Source: Tubiluchus corallicola | Taxonomy: Eukaryota > Animalia > Priapulida | Direction: 5' to 3' | Length of the DNA: 64,000 nt | Assembly: GCA_030141605.1 (NCBI GenBank) | Contig: JAQGDQ010000378.1 | Location: 62,001-126,000 of the forward strand | Part shown: positions 1 to 14,700 of the stretch, piece by piece | Layout: every line of letters begins with the position of its first letter | Position numbering within the stretch: position 1 is the first letter of the stretch | Program-made: the position numbers and the translations under genes | The notes under the pieces: generated by a model | Seen by the model: the letters and a program-made list of their open reading frames with translations, nothing else | What the model was told of the DNA's origin: nothing | The model's database searches: none

Positions 1-77
1 CAAACTGAATTGTCTGGAAGTTTATGAAGCTCCATTCTTTTTAAGGCCACACACCTTATCCACGCACACAACTACAC

Positions 78-300
78 CATGCCAACAATCTTGCAGAACA
101 CATTTGGGCGATCCTCAAAGACAGAGTGGAGCTTGAGGTAATCCAAGCACTTATCATAAGTCAGTATCCAAGGACAGACTTACAAGACGACTGTAAGAGG
201 TATTGGAGGATCTTAAGTCTGACACAGATCTCTTCGAGCTTCCAATCATACCTATCAAGACTGCAGGGTATGTGAGGCGTACGAGGTTTCTGCACTAAAA
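78..300 (+). mobile_element. Decayed Tc1/IS630-mariner transposase, C-terminal fragment
   Basis: Frame from 78 reads HANNLAEHIWAILKDRVELEVI...QSYLSRLQGM*GVRGFCTK. This resembles the Tc1 C-terminal motifs 'DLNPIEHIWAILKRRV' and 'SxPxRLxAVxxxxGGxTKY'. It contains a stop and a probable frameshift. Confidence 0.6.
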
Positions 301-2462
301 TTAATATTTGCGACATGATAGACTCAGCATTGGTAGACTAATATTTTGATATAATAATCTCTTCTGTGTGGTTGCTGGTTATTTTTGAATGCACTTATCA
401 AGAGGTTACGTTACACCTCACAGCGAAGTGGAGATAATGATGAGGACATGTGACACCTTATCTCACCAAGCACCATACTCTTGCTTTTGGGCTTTTCGTG
501 AGGGCTAACAGGTGAGTTAAAATTATGCAATTTTTTCTATATTTTAGTTTTTGAAGTGAAACTTTGACATCTACCATAGGTTATTTCTGCACTCTAAATT
601 TAACTTTCTCCTCCAAAGAACGAATTTAATTTCAACCGATTTGTTATACTTTCTTTTATGGACATGTAAAGAATGGTATTACGTTAAACAGCGGACATAC
701 TAAGTTCTTCTATGTTATCAACTTTCATGGATTAAAAGTCAGTAAGATATTTAGGGTCTGCAGGTACTACGTAAGCTTTGCGAATAATGAGAGTCGTGCG
801 AATACCAGAAAATCGAATCTTTGACGTCACCATTTCTTGTGTACCTACGCATAAACCATTGAAGCTCTGAAAACTGCATCCTGCTTTACTTGTCCGAGAT
901 TATTGATTGGTAAGTATCTAGTTATTTGCAACTATCTTTAAATTTATAGAGTACTTTACTGTGTAATGTTAACTTGTGTAAGGTTTAGAACCAAAAGTGC
1001 GACTTTTATTTTAAACTTTTACCAGTCGTTGGCCACTCCTATAATAGTCCCATTGGTTTTGCCTGAATATTGGATTATGCCTGTCTTAACTTTGCTCAAC
1101 GTTTTCACTGTAGACCTCTCACAAAATATGTAACCTTTCTGAGGTTGAACATATGCTCGGTTTCTACGGAAAATTGAAGTCATAATATCTCTTCCAAGAT
1201 CTCATTGATTACGAACAAAACCTGTTTACTACTTACTACTAGATAATTATAGTATATACTATTACTAGTAGTAGTACTACACTGACAAATTTTGTTGTAA
1301 TTTTATTTATTAAGTATTTCGCGAGGCTGCTTTTAATGAGTTTTGTATTGATAGAATAGTGGTGGTCGCTTTAAAAATTTATGCTGATGCCTGTTATTAT
1401 TGTCATTGCAATTATCAAAATTGATTATCAGTTCAATTTCGTTTATTTCTCAGATATGTTACAAACACATTGGCAAGCGTACAAAAAGTACTGAAAACTA
1501 AAACAACGATATCTACTAAAATTATGTATGGTACTAATTAATGTTTACAAATATTTGTCGTTGTCAATTTTTTGTCATGTTTGAAAATGCATTCTTATTT
1601 CTCTCTAAGTTTGTTTCTGCAGTCAGTGTAAAATTGTATAGTTCTATAGGTTACCATATATATATAATATATAAATCAATATATAAATCTTGGGAAGATC
1701 ATGTTCAGCAGTTTTAGCATTAAGAGAGCATAGTAGCCAGCATTTATTTTATTGCTTCATAGATCTGTCTTCTACGTAGGCAAATGTCAAATGGATAGCA
1801 CCCATTTTATACATTCTTGTTTGTTGTATATTTGTACCATTGTTTGTCCGCGACGATTTATTGATTTTACTTTTTACCTATAATAACATAAGTCATCCTG
1901 TTGTTGGGTTGGTGTTTGTAAACTTTAAATACAGTCAAACTTCATTATAACGCCAGGTCTATGACACCACTAAATGAGGCATTGTAGCGGGGTTGGTGGT
2001 AAGTCGAGGTTCACCAGATATTGACAGTTAATCCTGTACAGAACTTTAATTTAGCTCCTCAGTTAATCTTGATATGCAATAAGTAGTATTTTTATGTTAA
2101 TCCACCTGTTAAATAATGTTAATGCATTTTTTGCATTAACAACACAGATTTTTTTTGTACATAGATGCACTTACCTGATGTAGTCATATAAAAGCATGTT
2201 TTTTTATTTAAAACATAAAACACAATGATATTATTATAACATACAAGCCATCTTTTACATTTGAGGATATTTATTCTTAATATAGATCTGTTGTACATCA
2301 ATTTAAGTGGGTATTTAAATAAATTTTATTTTTTTCCAATTTGACGTATGTTCTTTTCACATTACAGATGCAGAATGGATTAGACATGTGGTAGCTGTAA
2401 TTGTTGCATGTGTTGGAAACTGAAGTTTGATTGGTTGGCATTTCAATTTCTACGTACAGCTA

Positions 2463-5400
2463 ATGGCTGCAGAACCCAGGACACCTAGTGAAGTTACTAA
2501 AAGGACAACACAGCAGGTAACTTTGTGATGTTAATCAAATTAAATTTCTTCTTGATGGATTGTTTGCAGTTTTCTGTGAACGTTTACAGATCTAATTACT
2601 TTACGGATGTCAGTACATCCCTTGCATTTGCGGGGTGTGTTAGTCGCAACAAAATGTAACACAGTAAGTTGTCTGAATGGCAAGTAGAATGTTTAAGTTT
2701 TATTCTCGGAACAGCCGAGACCTAAGAATAAATATCCAGAGATGAATATTTCAAATATTCTGGATACGACAACATTCTGCCATAAGCAAATTTGGATGCT
2801 TAGCGTGGTCAGAAGTTCTGCTCAGGTTTTCTTTTTACCTTTTCGGTGCTCATTTGGGTTTCTAAAATTCTGAAAGCTGCTTTCTGTGGTCATATAAAAA
2901 ATATGAGGTCTCTTTTGCCAGTTTAATAGAGAGATATCTGACTGACGTATTTTTACCATTGTTCAGTATTAGTTTTTCTAATTATCAGTGTACCATCTAG
3001 GATAATTATAGAGTTTTAAGCTTCTCTAAATACCAAGTCACACCTCCCTCCACGCTTGAGCTTTGTTGTAAAATTGTTTACTGCTGCTTGATTCACCTAG
3101 GTGACTAAAGTTACTAAAGTTACTACGACAAGAACTGTACAACGAGTTCCGGGGAGTCCTCTGTTCCTTCAAGATGGCAGCTACACGAGTGATTCTCCAC
3201 CGTATCATCACGGATCAGACGTAGTGGCGGATCACGGCGGAGGCGATTCGTACATGGAACAGACTGTGGAAACATTTACAGCGCCACCTGTGGAAATATC
3301 TAAAACTTATCACGTACGTGCAGAATGTTTTCACTTCTGTTTTTTATTCCTTTAAAGGAAGACGGGATGATTTTTCATGTAGTACCCCATTTTCAAGCCC
3401 GATACATTTTAGCACAATTAATGCTGCAAAAGCGTTCCTGATTAAAAACTTAATTAACGGCAGGCGAGCCCAACTGTTGATGACATCACAAACTAACATA
3501 ATTTTCAACAGCAAAATATTCCACAAGCATGTTGCGCACATTTGCAAAAGCAAAAATTAAAGTACAGTGCTCAGAGATAAGATATTCAGTCTGTAAGATA
3601 TTTAGTGTGTTGTACTAGAACTAGGCAAGTTTTAAGATAAAAAATTCAAATTTCAAATTTACCGCTGTCCTCACGCATGAGCTGTCGAACGTGTGTAGTT
3701 CAAACAGCACCTGTTTTGTGTAATGCATTTGCCGAATGTAGGTGCTAGTGCCCGTCTAACTACCAAATAGCGAAATGCATGTAACAGTTAAGAACTGGTA
3801 GCGCAAATGCGAAAATTGTGTTTATGTGGTAATAATTCTTTCACATAAGTCATTTTTGAAAAAGCAGTATATTCCCTTTCGACATTTTAAAGAGTAGATT
3901 ATTTTGACCTACAGTTTAACATTGGGTACAGTTTTGCTTTAAAGATTCTAGCTTGTCTGATGACTACAAATGTTTAAATTTAAGTTCAAATGTAAGTATA
4001 TTTCACGCCAATAAAAGCGTATACAAATACGTTAAAATATACATATATACATTATATAAAAACATATAATACGCATTAAAATATGTGCACGCATAAAAAG
4101 CAACTTATAATGAGGGGTGGTGTGGGGGAGGCACCAGAAGGAAATGCTTTTTGCATATTAAATGCTAAGAACTCATTCAGGTTGTCATATGTGTTTGCAA
4201 AAGCAAAAATTGAAATGTAGTACAGCTACCTGACTTTGATGATATTAACCCCTGCAAATTTCTAGTTTGCAGTTTTAGATCTTATATTTATCATCTGACT
4301 AATGCTTGATCACAGGGCTTGATGTTGTGCCCTGTGATGCCACAAATTTTATGACTGGATTATGTACTCGGTACAGTACTTATTTTTCTATTTGTCCGGT
4401 TACTAACTAAGCATAGGCATGCTTAACTTTGCTTGGCAAAGCACCATGATCACTCTTTTGAGTCGATAGTAAAGTGTCGGCTTCCCATACTGGATTGATG
4501 AGTCTCCATGGAGAACATTTCAAATTTTAATTTATATTTTTCTCAGTTTCAAGATGAAATTAGTAAAGTGGTTATTTCTTAATTCAGGTGCCGTAATTAG
4601 AGAAATCCTTGAAAATAATCAGAATACACTTGGGTAGTGAATATTTAATCGACGTAATTTGGCTTTTCTGTAACAGAGTTTTGAACGTTATGAGAAAGCT
4701 TAGCCGTTTGCATTGAAAATTCTGTTAGCTCACAACACATAGTTGCATATTGAATAGCATGTTAATGAAAAGTATTACATATTTCTTGTCCAGTATGTAC
4801 TGTTGTCAAACTGCAAAAACCGTACTGTAAATAATTCTATTCGGTATTCTTAAAAGTTTTTCATTTGTACAATGGATCAATTTTATTTGAAAGTTTTAAA
4901 ATTTTGATAGTAATTTTGTGCCTTAAATTATCTTCGATCTTGACTTGCATGGAAGAAAAAAAACCCGGCAACTGATCTTTTCGTGAATAAGCTAATTTTT
5001 GCTTGGCTGTTTCAACTGCCGCCAGTTAAATTGTTTGAAGTGTAAACTTGATTGCGTCTGATGTAATCTGAAGTTTCGCAAGCTGCTTTAACTCACATGA
5101 TAAACCCACTCTAGTGTTTGGCTTAGATGATTCCCCTGATCAATATGGCCATAAACTCTGGCAATTTAATTTGCTCTTTTGGCATTAGCAGCTTATGGTA
5201 TTTCTGGCGGCTGGCATTCTACACTGTGATGTTCAAATCGTACAGTAATGTGCACGTAATTTTTTAGTGGCTGTGAATTGGACAGCTACCATTGTTGACA
5301 TTGTTTTTGATGCTGCTGCTGTTATTGGTGTTGTTGTTATTGTTGTTGTTGTTGTTGTTATTGTTGTTGTTGTCATCAAAATATTTCTAACTCAAAATGC

Positions 5401-8400
5401 ACACGTGTTCTAATTCCTATGTTCTGTACCATGTTATGCATTATTTCCTTTAAGATAGGGTAAGATAAGAATATTTATTTCAAAATTCATAGAAACCATT
5501 ATATGTTTTTGTGTGCATGTGTGAGGTTGTGGGTGTTTGTGTATGTGTGTAATATACATATGTATGTGTGTGTGTGTGTGTATGTATACATAATTGATCT
5601 CACGTTAAATACTAATTTGATCACATAGTGAAAGGGACGAAGGGGCAAGTTATCTAATCATTCTCCAGGGGAGTTATTAAACAGTGATTTATGAAGTTGA
5701 ACAGTTCACTATATATAGACTAGATTTGAATGAGGATTTTATACTAAACATAAACAGTTTTTCAAGAAATAGTAACCATCAATTAAATTAAGTTTGAAAA
5801 AATATAGCAAGTAACAGTTATAGATATTTAATAATAAATATTTGCAAACTACCCGAATAGTTGTTACATATAAATTTTAGCTTTTGATATAACACACACA
5901 TAACAATAAGTTTGCTTATAATATAGAGTTGAGCAGATCACGAATATTTTGATAGTAAATGGGAATGAAGCCTCGTTTGAAAGGCATTTTGTTTCTTGAT
6001 TCTTTGAAGAATTATTCACTCATTTCTCATTAATGAGTGTTTTTGTAAAGTTTACAGTTGTAAATTATTTCTTTATTCGTTTTTGTGTTCTTAAAGTCAC
6101 ATTGTTTTTCCCTAATAATAACCTTTCAATACTTGTACAAATAGCGAGCTTACAGTGAATGTAACATTTCTATATCATCATCATCATAATGGCAATGCAG
6201 CACTGTTTTGCCAGGTGTAGCATATATTTTAAATTAAGTATTTTCCTTTCTAGTTACATAATTCTTTCAAACAACTAAGCGCAATGCTAAGTAATATAAC
6301 TTTGTATGGAAAGTTTTTTTAAACATACGTTAAATTTCCCTTTTCTTCCTTTTCAAGGAAAATTCACTTTAGACGTGCATGAATTAATACTTTCCTGTGA
6401 AATACTTTTACGAGTCATCCAATAAATTCCAGGTTTTCCCTGGCGGGGAAGAGGAATTTCTAGAAGAGGTCTACCCGCCTCCTCCGGAGGAGTACAGCAA
6501 CAACATGAATAGACAGATAACTTATAATAATCGGCTTCCAGTCAATCAGGTAAATATGTGTGTATGTCTCGTGTTTAGTAACTGCTTGTTTATAGCAGTG
6601 TTTATCATGTGCGTTTGGTGTAGAGTAACTGTCTGTTTTGCTGTGTTTAGCACGATAATTATCTGTTAAGCATTGTTTAGCCGCCAAGTTCACATGCACA
6701 CATTTTTCAAAGAGCAATGAAAAATAGGCATGCATTGAAAATATTTAAAGTGCATGTGTTTTGCATATAAAAGTTTTGTTGTTGTTGCAAGTGCTGTGCT
6801 AAAACATTGTAGTGTTAATTGTAAGGATGTTAAACCATACAAATTTGGCAACACGATGACAATACGATACGATCCTTTTTCCAACAATATGATAACGATA
6901 AACTATTTTTTAAACTATGCGATATGATGCGATAAATTATTTAGAACGATAAAAGTGATACTGAGTTAGACAATTTATACAACAACAGGAAAAGCATCAT
7001 TAAAAAGCATCTGTATACTTAAATGGCTGCTGGTTATGAAACACAAGTTTGTTTGTCATAATGATTCATGAGTAAGTAAGCTCCGACAGATAAGCATATT
7101 ACTGCGATGAAAATATTTACATATTCGAGCTGCACATGGCTGGGAAAGTGACACAAAAAATCTAGTACAGTGTATTTGATATCAGCGCATCAGTATCAAA
7201 GTGTTTAAGGTGTCTCTATACTTTGTCAGTATGATTCAGAATGAAGATAGCAATTATTGCCAGACAAAAGTACAAGAAATGATTAGGCATCTAACAAGCT
7301 TGTAATTTTAAATAATTCTTTTTACCCACTTCTTTGCGAAATTACTGTAAATAAATGGAAAAGAATAGAGAAGAGATGTTATAAAGGTAAGCAATAAGCA
7401 TCAATACGTGCCAGAGTGGATACGATAATGATATCCTTGGAATAATATCGATCTGATAATGATAAAAAAATTTGTATCGATACGATAATCAATACGTAAT
7501 AGTTATTGTTAACACCTCTAGTTGATTGTACGATTTCTTTAATAATTATTTTGCATCTTGATAATTAAAAAGTTTGGCTGAATAAATTAGCATAAAATTC
7601 AAAGCTCCTCATGGTCTTTCTTTTTTCTAAAATAGACAATAAAGTTGTTCTGTAAAACAAGTGTTCTTGACGAGGTTATTATTTTGTTTCAGAAATATCC
7701 TACAGATGGCAGTGTTCCTGTGCACAGGAGAAATTTTCAACACAGGGGTAACATGGGCGGTGAAGACGGATACCGCTATCGTAATACGCCTTCTCCAAAT
7801 TCCGGAACTGATGGGGGATATGGTTAGTAAACTTGAACGTTTTATTGTCACTTCTTTTATATCTACATGACATAATTAAGATTTTTCTAATATATGCACA
7901 ATCTTCTTATTGTTTCACTTAACTTCGCGTTTTACTGGAATGCATTAGCGTTGTTAAGCGAGGACTTACTGTTTAATTTCATTTTTGCTGTATTATTTAG
8001 CACACTACAATGTAGGGTCCAGCACCCAATGGCTGTCTTGCTTATGGTACAACCTTGTAGCTGGACCGGAATCTACCTTACTGTCAAGTATAATCTTCTA
8101 CTGTGAAATCCTGGGCTGTCTCAGTCGAGTGTACCTTTAATGTGGTAAATAGCTACTGGCTATATGGCAAGCAAACTGTCCAAACAAATAGCGAAACTGT
8201 GTGCCACCTTATCCATGCACTGACTAATTCAGGAGTGATTAACTATTCGTAGTAACACATTTTATCTGATTATTTAGATGGTCCGTGGCGAGATCCTGAG
8301 CTTGGTGAAGTACTGGAATTTCTCAGCCATCCGAACGATGACTTGAAAGCAAATGCAGCAGCCTATTTGCAACATCTTTCTTACGGAGACAATGATGTGA

Positions 8401-8525
8401 AAGTTAAGACAAGGTGCATGGTGTTCAGCAAAATTTCATACTCAAGTTTTAGAATAAATGACAGATAGTGACCTAGAAACAAAGTTTATGTCTGTCATTG
8501 TTTGTCATTTTATACTGACTCATGT

Positions 8526-8620
<95 letters not shown>

Positions 8621-8685
8621 TTCTCTCTATTTGTCTTTTTCAGCCTCTATCTATCTTTCTCATTCTTTCTATTTGTATTTTTCAG

Positions 8686-8719
<34 letters not shown>

Positions 8720-11700
8720 CCTCTCTTTCTCTTTCTCTCTCTCTTTCTCTTTCTCTCTATTTGTATTTTTTAGTCTCTCTCTCTCTCCTCTCTCACTTTC
8801 TGTCTGTCTCTCTCTTCCTCCCTTCCTTCCTCCCTCCCTCCCTCCTCTCTCTCTCTCTCTCTTTCTCTTTTAATCTTTTGCTTTCTCTCGTCTGTGTTGT
8901 GCACAACATATGTTGTGCATCTTTGCCAAACACTCACAGAGTTTAATTGTTCAGTACTGTGTTCAATAATTTCTGAGTTGTTGTCAGGTACTTTTTTCTT
9001 TTTATTCACATATGCTTAAGAAGATTGTGGTTTAATTTCTTCAAGGTTGCTTGGTGGTATACCACTCTTAGTGTCGCATTTGACCGGCAGTGAGAAGTTA
9101 GCGAGAGCAGCTTGTGGCGCCCTCAGGAATCTCTCGTATGGACGACAAAATGACGAAAATAAGGTAAACTTTCTAACTTACATTAGCATTTATTTGATTA
9201 CTGATTCAAATGTCATTTTATTATTCCATATGTCCTTGTGGTATTGAAATAATGTACTTAGCAAACCATGCTCTTGAGCGTCTCTCTATTGGTGGTAATG
9301 TAAAATAATTTTATTAAATAATGCAGAAGGCAATGGCAAATCAAGGGGGTATTAGCGCGATCACCAAGTTGCTACGGGATACAGTGAACTCGGAGACTCA
9401 GGAATATTGTACAGGAGTACTGTGGAATCTGTCTTCATGTGAGGTACAATGTCCTTGGCTTATTTACTGAAATCTGGTACTTCATTCATTTGGCTACCTG
9501 AAATAGTTCCACTCCAATTAATTGTTGCTGTAGTCAGGCAAATACTATGAAGTGCTTGATTATACATGAACTACATTTGGTTACACAATATTGTTTGCTC
9601 TGTCTTACTATTTGTACTTCGCTTGCTTTTTTAGCCAGAATTTTAAATAAGTGAGCAATTTATTGTCGTTATATTGTCCTATAGGCCTATAATGAAGTTT
9701 GTATAGTTTCACTTTAAAAATATGAGAATATTTGATGCATAAGCAGAAACTTCAGTCGATTAACTACATTGTCCTTTAGTGAATATCTAAAATTATTTTG
9801 CTAAAGTAATGAGTTATTAATAGTGCAAACTACAGCAAGATAGATGTTTAATGTGCTTATGGTTTTAGCACAAATGGAATGGTATCTTTGGCCATAGGAG
9901 AGCATTTTAAAAGACTTATTACCTGAGTGACATTCGTCATTAATGATAGCTTTGTCTTGTGTTGTTTAAACAGTCTGTACAATCTCTGACTCTGGATATA
10001 TCATATCTGTATGTGAGTTGGGGATGAGAAACTGTAGCAACTTCCATCTTCCGTAGCGTTGCATGTCACTGCGATTCAATTCTGTCACTTGATAGACTTT
10101 TGTGCTTTTTAGGAGTTAAAAAAGCCAATCATAGACAAAGCTTTGCCGGCTCTAGCAGACATATTACCACAGTCGGATTCAAAAGTTCGAGTAGCTCTGC
10201 AGGACTGCGTTGTTCGTAACACGACTGGAATTCTTAGGTAGAATGAGTTCATTATAATCCTTTTTCGGTTTAATCCTCTCATTGGCTTACGTTATAGTCA
10301 GGGGCGTAACCATGATTTAAAGTTAGGGGGCGCTGTGGCGCATACCAAAAATGCACCGTGACACATGACGCAATTATATGCTTGTGTATTCCACAATAGA
10401 CAATTGCAATTTGGTTCAATTTATTGAATTTCTATCGTACAAAAAGTACAGTTTCTAATTAAAATAGGCATATATATATATATATATATATATACGTATT
10501 AAAATACAATATTAAAACTAGCATGGACTACAAACATATTTGCAAGAGTAATATGTTACAGAATTAATTTGTAGGTAAATAATGTAGGTAAATACATTAT
10601 TATTAAAAATGGAGTTTTTTTAGGCAAATGTAAAATTGATTTCATTGCCATGAAACTCCTGTGCACATTTGCTTCATCTAAACTTTTAACCACGATAATT
10701 GATTCGTATTGGTTATTTTGCACACTGTTCAGAAAGTTACGAATGACTACATATTTAACTGATTTCTTAGATGAGTTACTAATTATCAAATCGTATCTTA
10801 AGTTCCACACATTCTTCCATGATATTAATAATATAATGGATTAAAATATTTCTTGACTGCAACAATCTTCTGACGAAATTAGTCAGTCAACCTTGACAAA
10901 TGAGTTGCGTTAATGTATGCTAATTTCAAAAACAGTCTGGTTGAACAAAGTAAAGATTCCAGAAAATTCGTCCAATGTGATTTAAAAATTAAAAAATCGA
11001 CTTTTATTGACTATGAAGGAGCTGTTGCTCCCCTATCAGCCTTGCCACCGGTTACCGTGACCACAAATAAACCGTTCGTTTAGGTAAGTGTTGTCTTTCA
11101 CAGTTTAATTAGTTGAAATGTGCCCATTAAATTCAAATGGCTAATGTAGTTTTAACGTTAAAAACAGCCCTTCATCGCTTCGCTGACCTCTTGTTAAAAT
11201 TTATGGTGCTCGCTTTTATGGTGGTAAGGCATTTTTTGTGCAATTAAAAAGAGTCTAACCAGTCCACTCCAAGACGACAGCGTAGATGCATAAGTGAATC
11301 ATGATCAACTACAATTTATAAAGAATCAACTTAACAGTGCTATAATTCATGATACTAAATGCAAAGATCAATTTAACATTATTGAAATAATGAATTTCTA
11401 ATGCTATGGCAATGCACGTTGTGTCGTCGTTATGCTGTCTGAACTGAACAAAATTAAACAAATTGCCAATTAAATTTGACAGGCGTATCAAGGGAAACGA
11501 CACTAAGCTGCAGTTTTTTTGCTAAATGCGCACACAAGTCAGAAAATCTTTCAGTTTGATATTACTGAATACACTGTGCATTGCGCAGGGCGAGTTACAG
11601 TAACAGTTTCTTCCTATTTGCTTAAAGGCATCTTGCTTATTAGAAACTGTATTGCATACTACTCATCTTACCACTGACGATTAGAGATAATGAACTATGT

Positions 11701-14700
11701 TCAAGTGCGTTGTATAATGGAGACAGAATAGTTGTTGATGCTTTTATTTGTTTAATTATAGATAATTTTATTTTAAGAAACTGCAGATCTCAAAATTTGT
11801 GACATCAAATTGTCGTATTCCTCAAATAAAAAAATGGGAAGGAGTTTACAATTCCCCACACTATTTAAATACCCAAACTCTAATCCTAACCCAACCTAAC
11901 CCTAGACCTAATCCTAACCCCAACCCTAAACCTAATCCTAACCCAACCCTAACCCTAATCCGCTTCACGAACAAATTTCTAGTGTGTAGGGAATTGTAAA
12001 CTTTAGCCCAAAATTGTTAAACTATTAAATAGTTTCTATTAAATATTAACTTGTCATATAGTAAGGTAAAGGAATACGTTATTTTCAGTTATGAAATAGT
12101 CTCTGTAAGTCTGTGGAAGTGATGCAAAATAATGTTAGTTAGATCTGTAATGAAGTTTCTTACTGCTTTTATTTCTGATTTTGCTAACTAAATAAGAATG
12201 CGCTTTTTTGTTACTTGACGTAAATTTGTTAAACTTTTGTAAAGATCTGCATGCAAATGGAGGCACCCTCTGTATATTATTGTATTATAATTTTGTTCAA
12301 TAAAAGATTTTTCATCAATGATCATTCCAAAATGAACAGTGCATTTGGGATTTTCGGATTTCAGGAATGTTAGCTCAGAAGGGGCATACGCTCGCAAGGC
12401 CATGAGGGAATTTGACGGTTTAATAGCGTCTCTGATCAGAATTGTTAAAACTGCAGTAGAACGGCATGACATGGACAATAAGGTAGTGGAGAACTGTGTT
12501 TGTACGTTGAGAAATCTCTCCTACCGATGTCAAGAGATCGAAGATCCTCACTACGATCGTCACATCATTTCTGCTGCTCATGCATCCAATCCCCAACCAG
12601 GTGGCGCTCACATTTTTTTTATTTATAATGTTTATAAAATGCCTGAGAAGTTGTGCTTTTTGAGGAAGCGGTGATAATGAGAGGATTTATCATCAGAAAT
12701 CTATTGTTGTTGTGACTTCTTGTGTGTTGTGTTGAACACAAATGGTTTAAAACAGTATTGTTCCATTAGGTCAATTTTTTCTATCAAAAAATGTGCTCAT
12801 ACTTTTTATTATTTGCTCCCAAGAGTTAATGCTTTCTTGCTGTCCAGCAGAAATGCTAATTTGCTGTTTTTTGACAATAGTGACAGTGCTTGCTATTAGC
12901 TGTTTAGCAGTTTCCGTGAATTTTGTATGTCTTTTCTGTTGACTTTGTGTTTAGAGCTTTGTCTAAGTATTTAAAAAAATTACACAGTTAGTCTGATCAG
13001 GCAATGGCGATTTTTTTTAGATTTTAAGTAAAAACAGCACAATATATTGAGTATTTGTATAAAAAAATGATGCTCTTTCAATGTACTTTTTTGCTTTAAC
13101 CGTGTGGCTAATAAGGGAGTAACATGGTGATAAACGTTTCAGGCGAAGGATCCGGCTGTTTCGGAAGCAAGCAGAAAAAAGACGACCAACCTTTGGGGGA
13201 AGATGATAAGAAGAGCGCTTCCGCAAATTCATCCAGGTAACGCCTTTTATTTCCACTTACTAAGCTGTTTTCGAGGTTTCGTCAAATTTACTAATTTTCC
13301 ACTATCTAAACAGACTGAACAGTGTATTAAAATATAGATTTAATAAAAAATGTTTAAAGGTATGCTGCCTTTTGTTAAATCAACATTAATTTTAGAAGAT
13401 GGTGACATATATGCAAGCAGTACTAGTAATATAACTTATGCATAACATGATGACATCTAGTGATAAGAAGGCTGAAGAATTAAAACTGTTATCCTTTAAT
13501 GTTTCATAATACAGTCAAACCTTTTTATAGCACTTTGGGACTGCAAAAACTGTTGGCGTTAAGTGAGTTTGGCATTATAACAAGGTGCATTAATATATAC
13601 ATGTCTATGCAAATGTGAGCGTTAAGCGAGGTTGGCGAGGGGGCGTTATAACAAGGTTTGACTGTATGTGAAAACAGAGGACTTCAGCATTGGGAAGGTA
13701 TACTTTCGCTGGACATTGTTGCTAATGGTGCTTTCTAAGTGGTTGTTGTTGTTTTTGTTTATTTTCAGTCACAACCAGAAGGGCGCACCACATAGCTCTG
13801 CCTTCTACGAGGCCGGTATGAAGCTGTTGTGGCATACGAACGTTGTGAAACTTTACATACCGTTACTCAAAGACTGCTCCAATCCGGAAACGCTGGAGGC
13901 CGCTGCTGGTGCTATACAGAACCTTGCTGCATGTTACTGGCAGGTTTGTGTGCTAATTCTTCCATAGTCATGAGGATACATTCTAAAGTTTTCAGGAAAA
14001 TACATCGAAAACACGTGTTTTAATAAAACGTGATGTTGTAGGATAAATGTCACTTTTCAGCAAGGTGATCTGAAAAACAGGTTTAAGCGTGTAAGGTTTT
14101 TGAAACTTTTATGTAAAACTAATGTCAGACAAAGTGAAATACTATACAGTTTTATTATCGTGCTGTATGTGTCGTGCGTAGCCAAGTTCTAGTGAGAAAG
14201 TTTTGGTTCGAGGCTTATTGGGCTAATAGGAGTCCTCGAATTTTTAAACTCAGCGTTAGACTTTACCGCTTTTTTTACATCCTAGACTTTTTTACATCCT
14301 ACATCACAGAATTCTCTGCCCTCAATCAGTATACATCAATAGCAGTTAAGCATTCCCATGTGAATGCACTCTTATCATGCTTTGTAAAGTTTCTGTATGT
14401 GTAGATGAAACTGCCAATCATAGAATCTTGATTTGTTGCCCTAATCTCACGCCCATGTTGACTTTTTTCAGCCATCCGTAGAAGTAAGAAGTGCTGTTCG
14501 GATGGAGAAAGGGCTTCCTCTCCTGGTGGAATTGTTGCGGTTGGAGGATGACTCGGTTGTCTGTGCCGCCGTGACAGCTCTTCGGAACCTCTGCATGGAT
14601 CAGCGTAATAAAGAATTGATCGGTTTGTATATACGACATTTTTTCTGCTTGTGATGCCTTGATAACTGACTCAGGTGCATGGTGAATTAGTGACAGCAAA

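Noticed and set aside
8458-9009. Long SLSL/ERER ORFs, also at 31365-31602, 33276-33888, 34244-34624 and 49958-50366
   Set aside because: Artefacts of (CT)n/(AG)n microsatellites inside introns.
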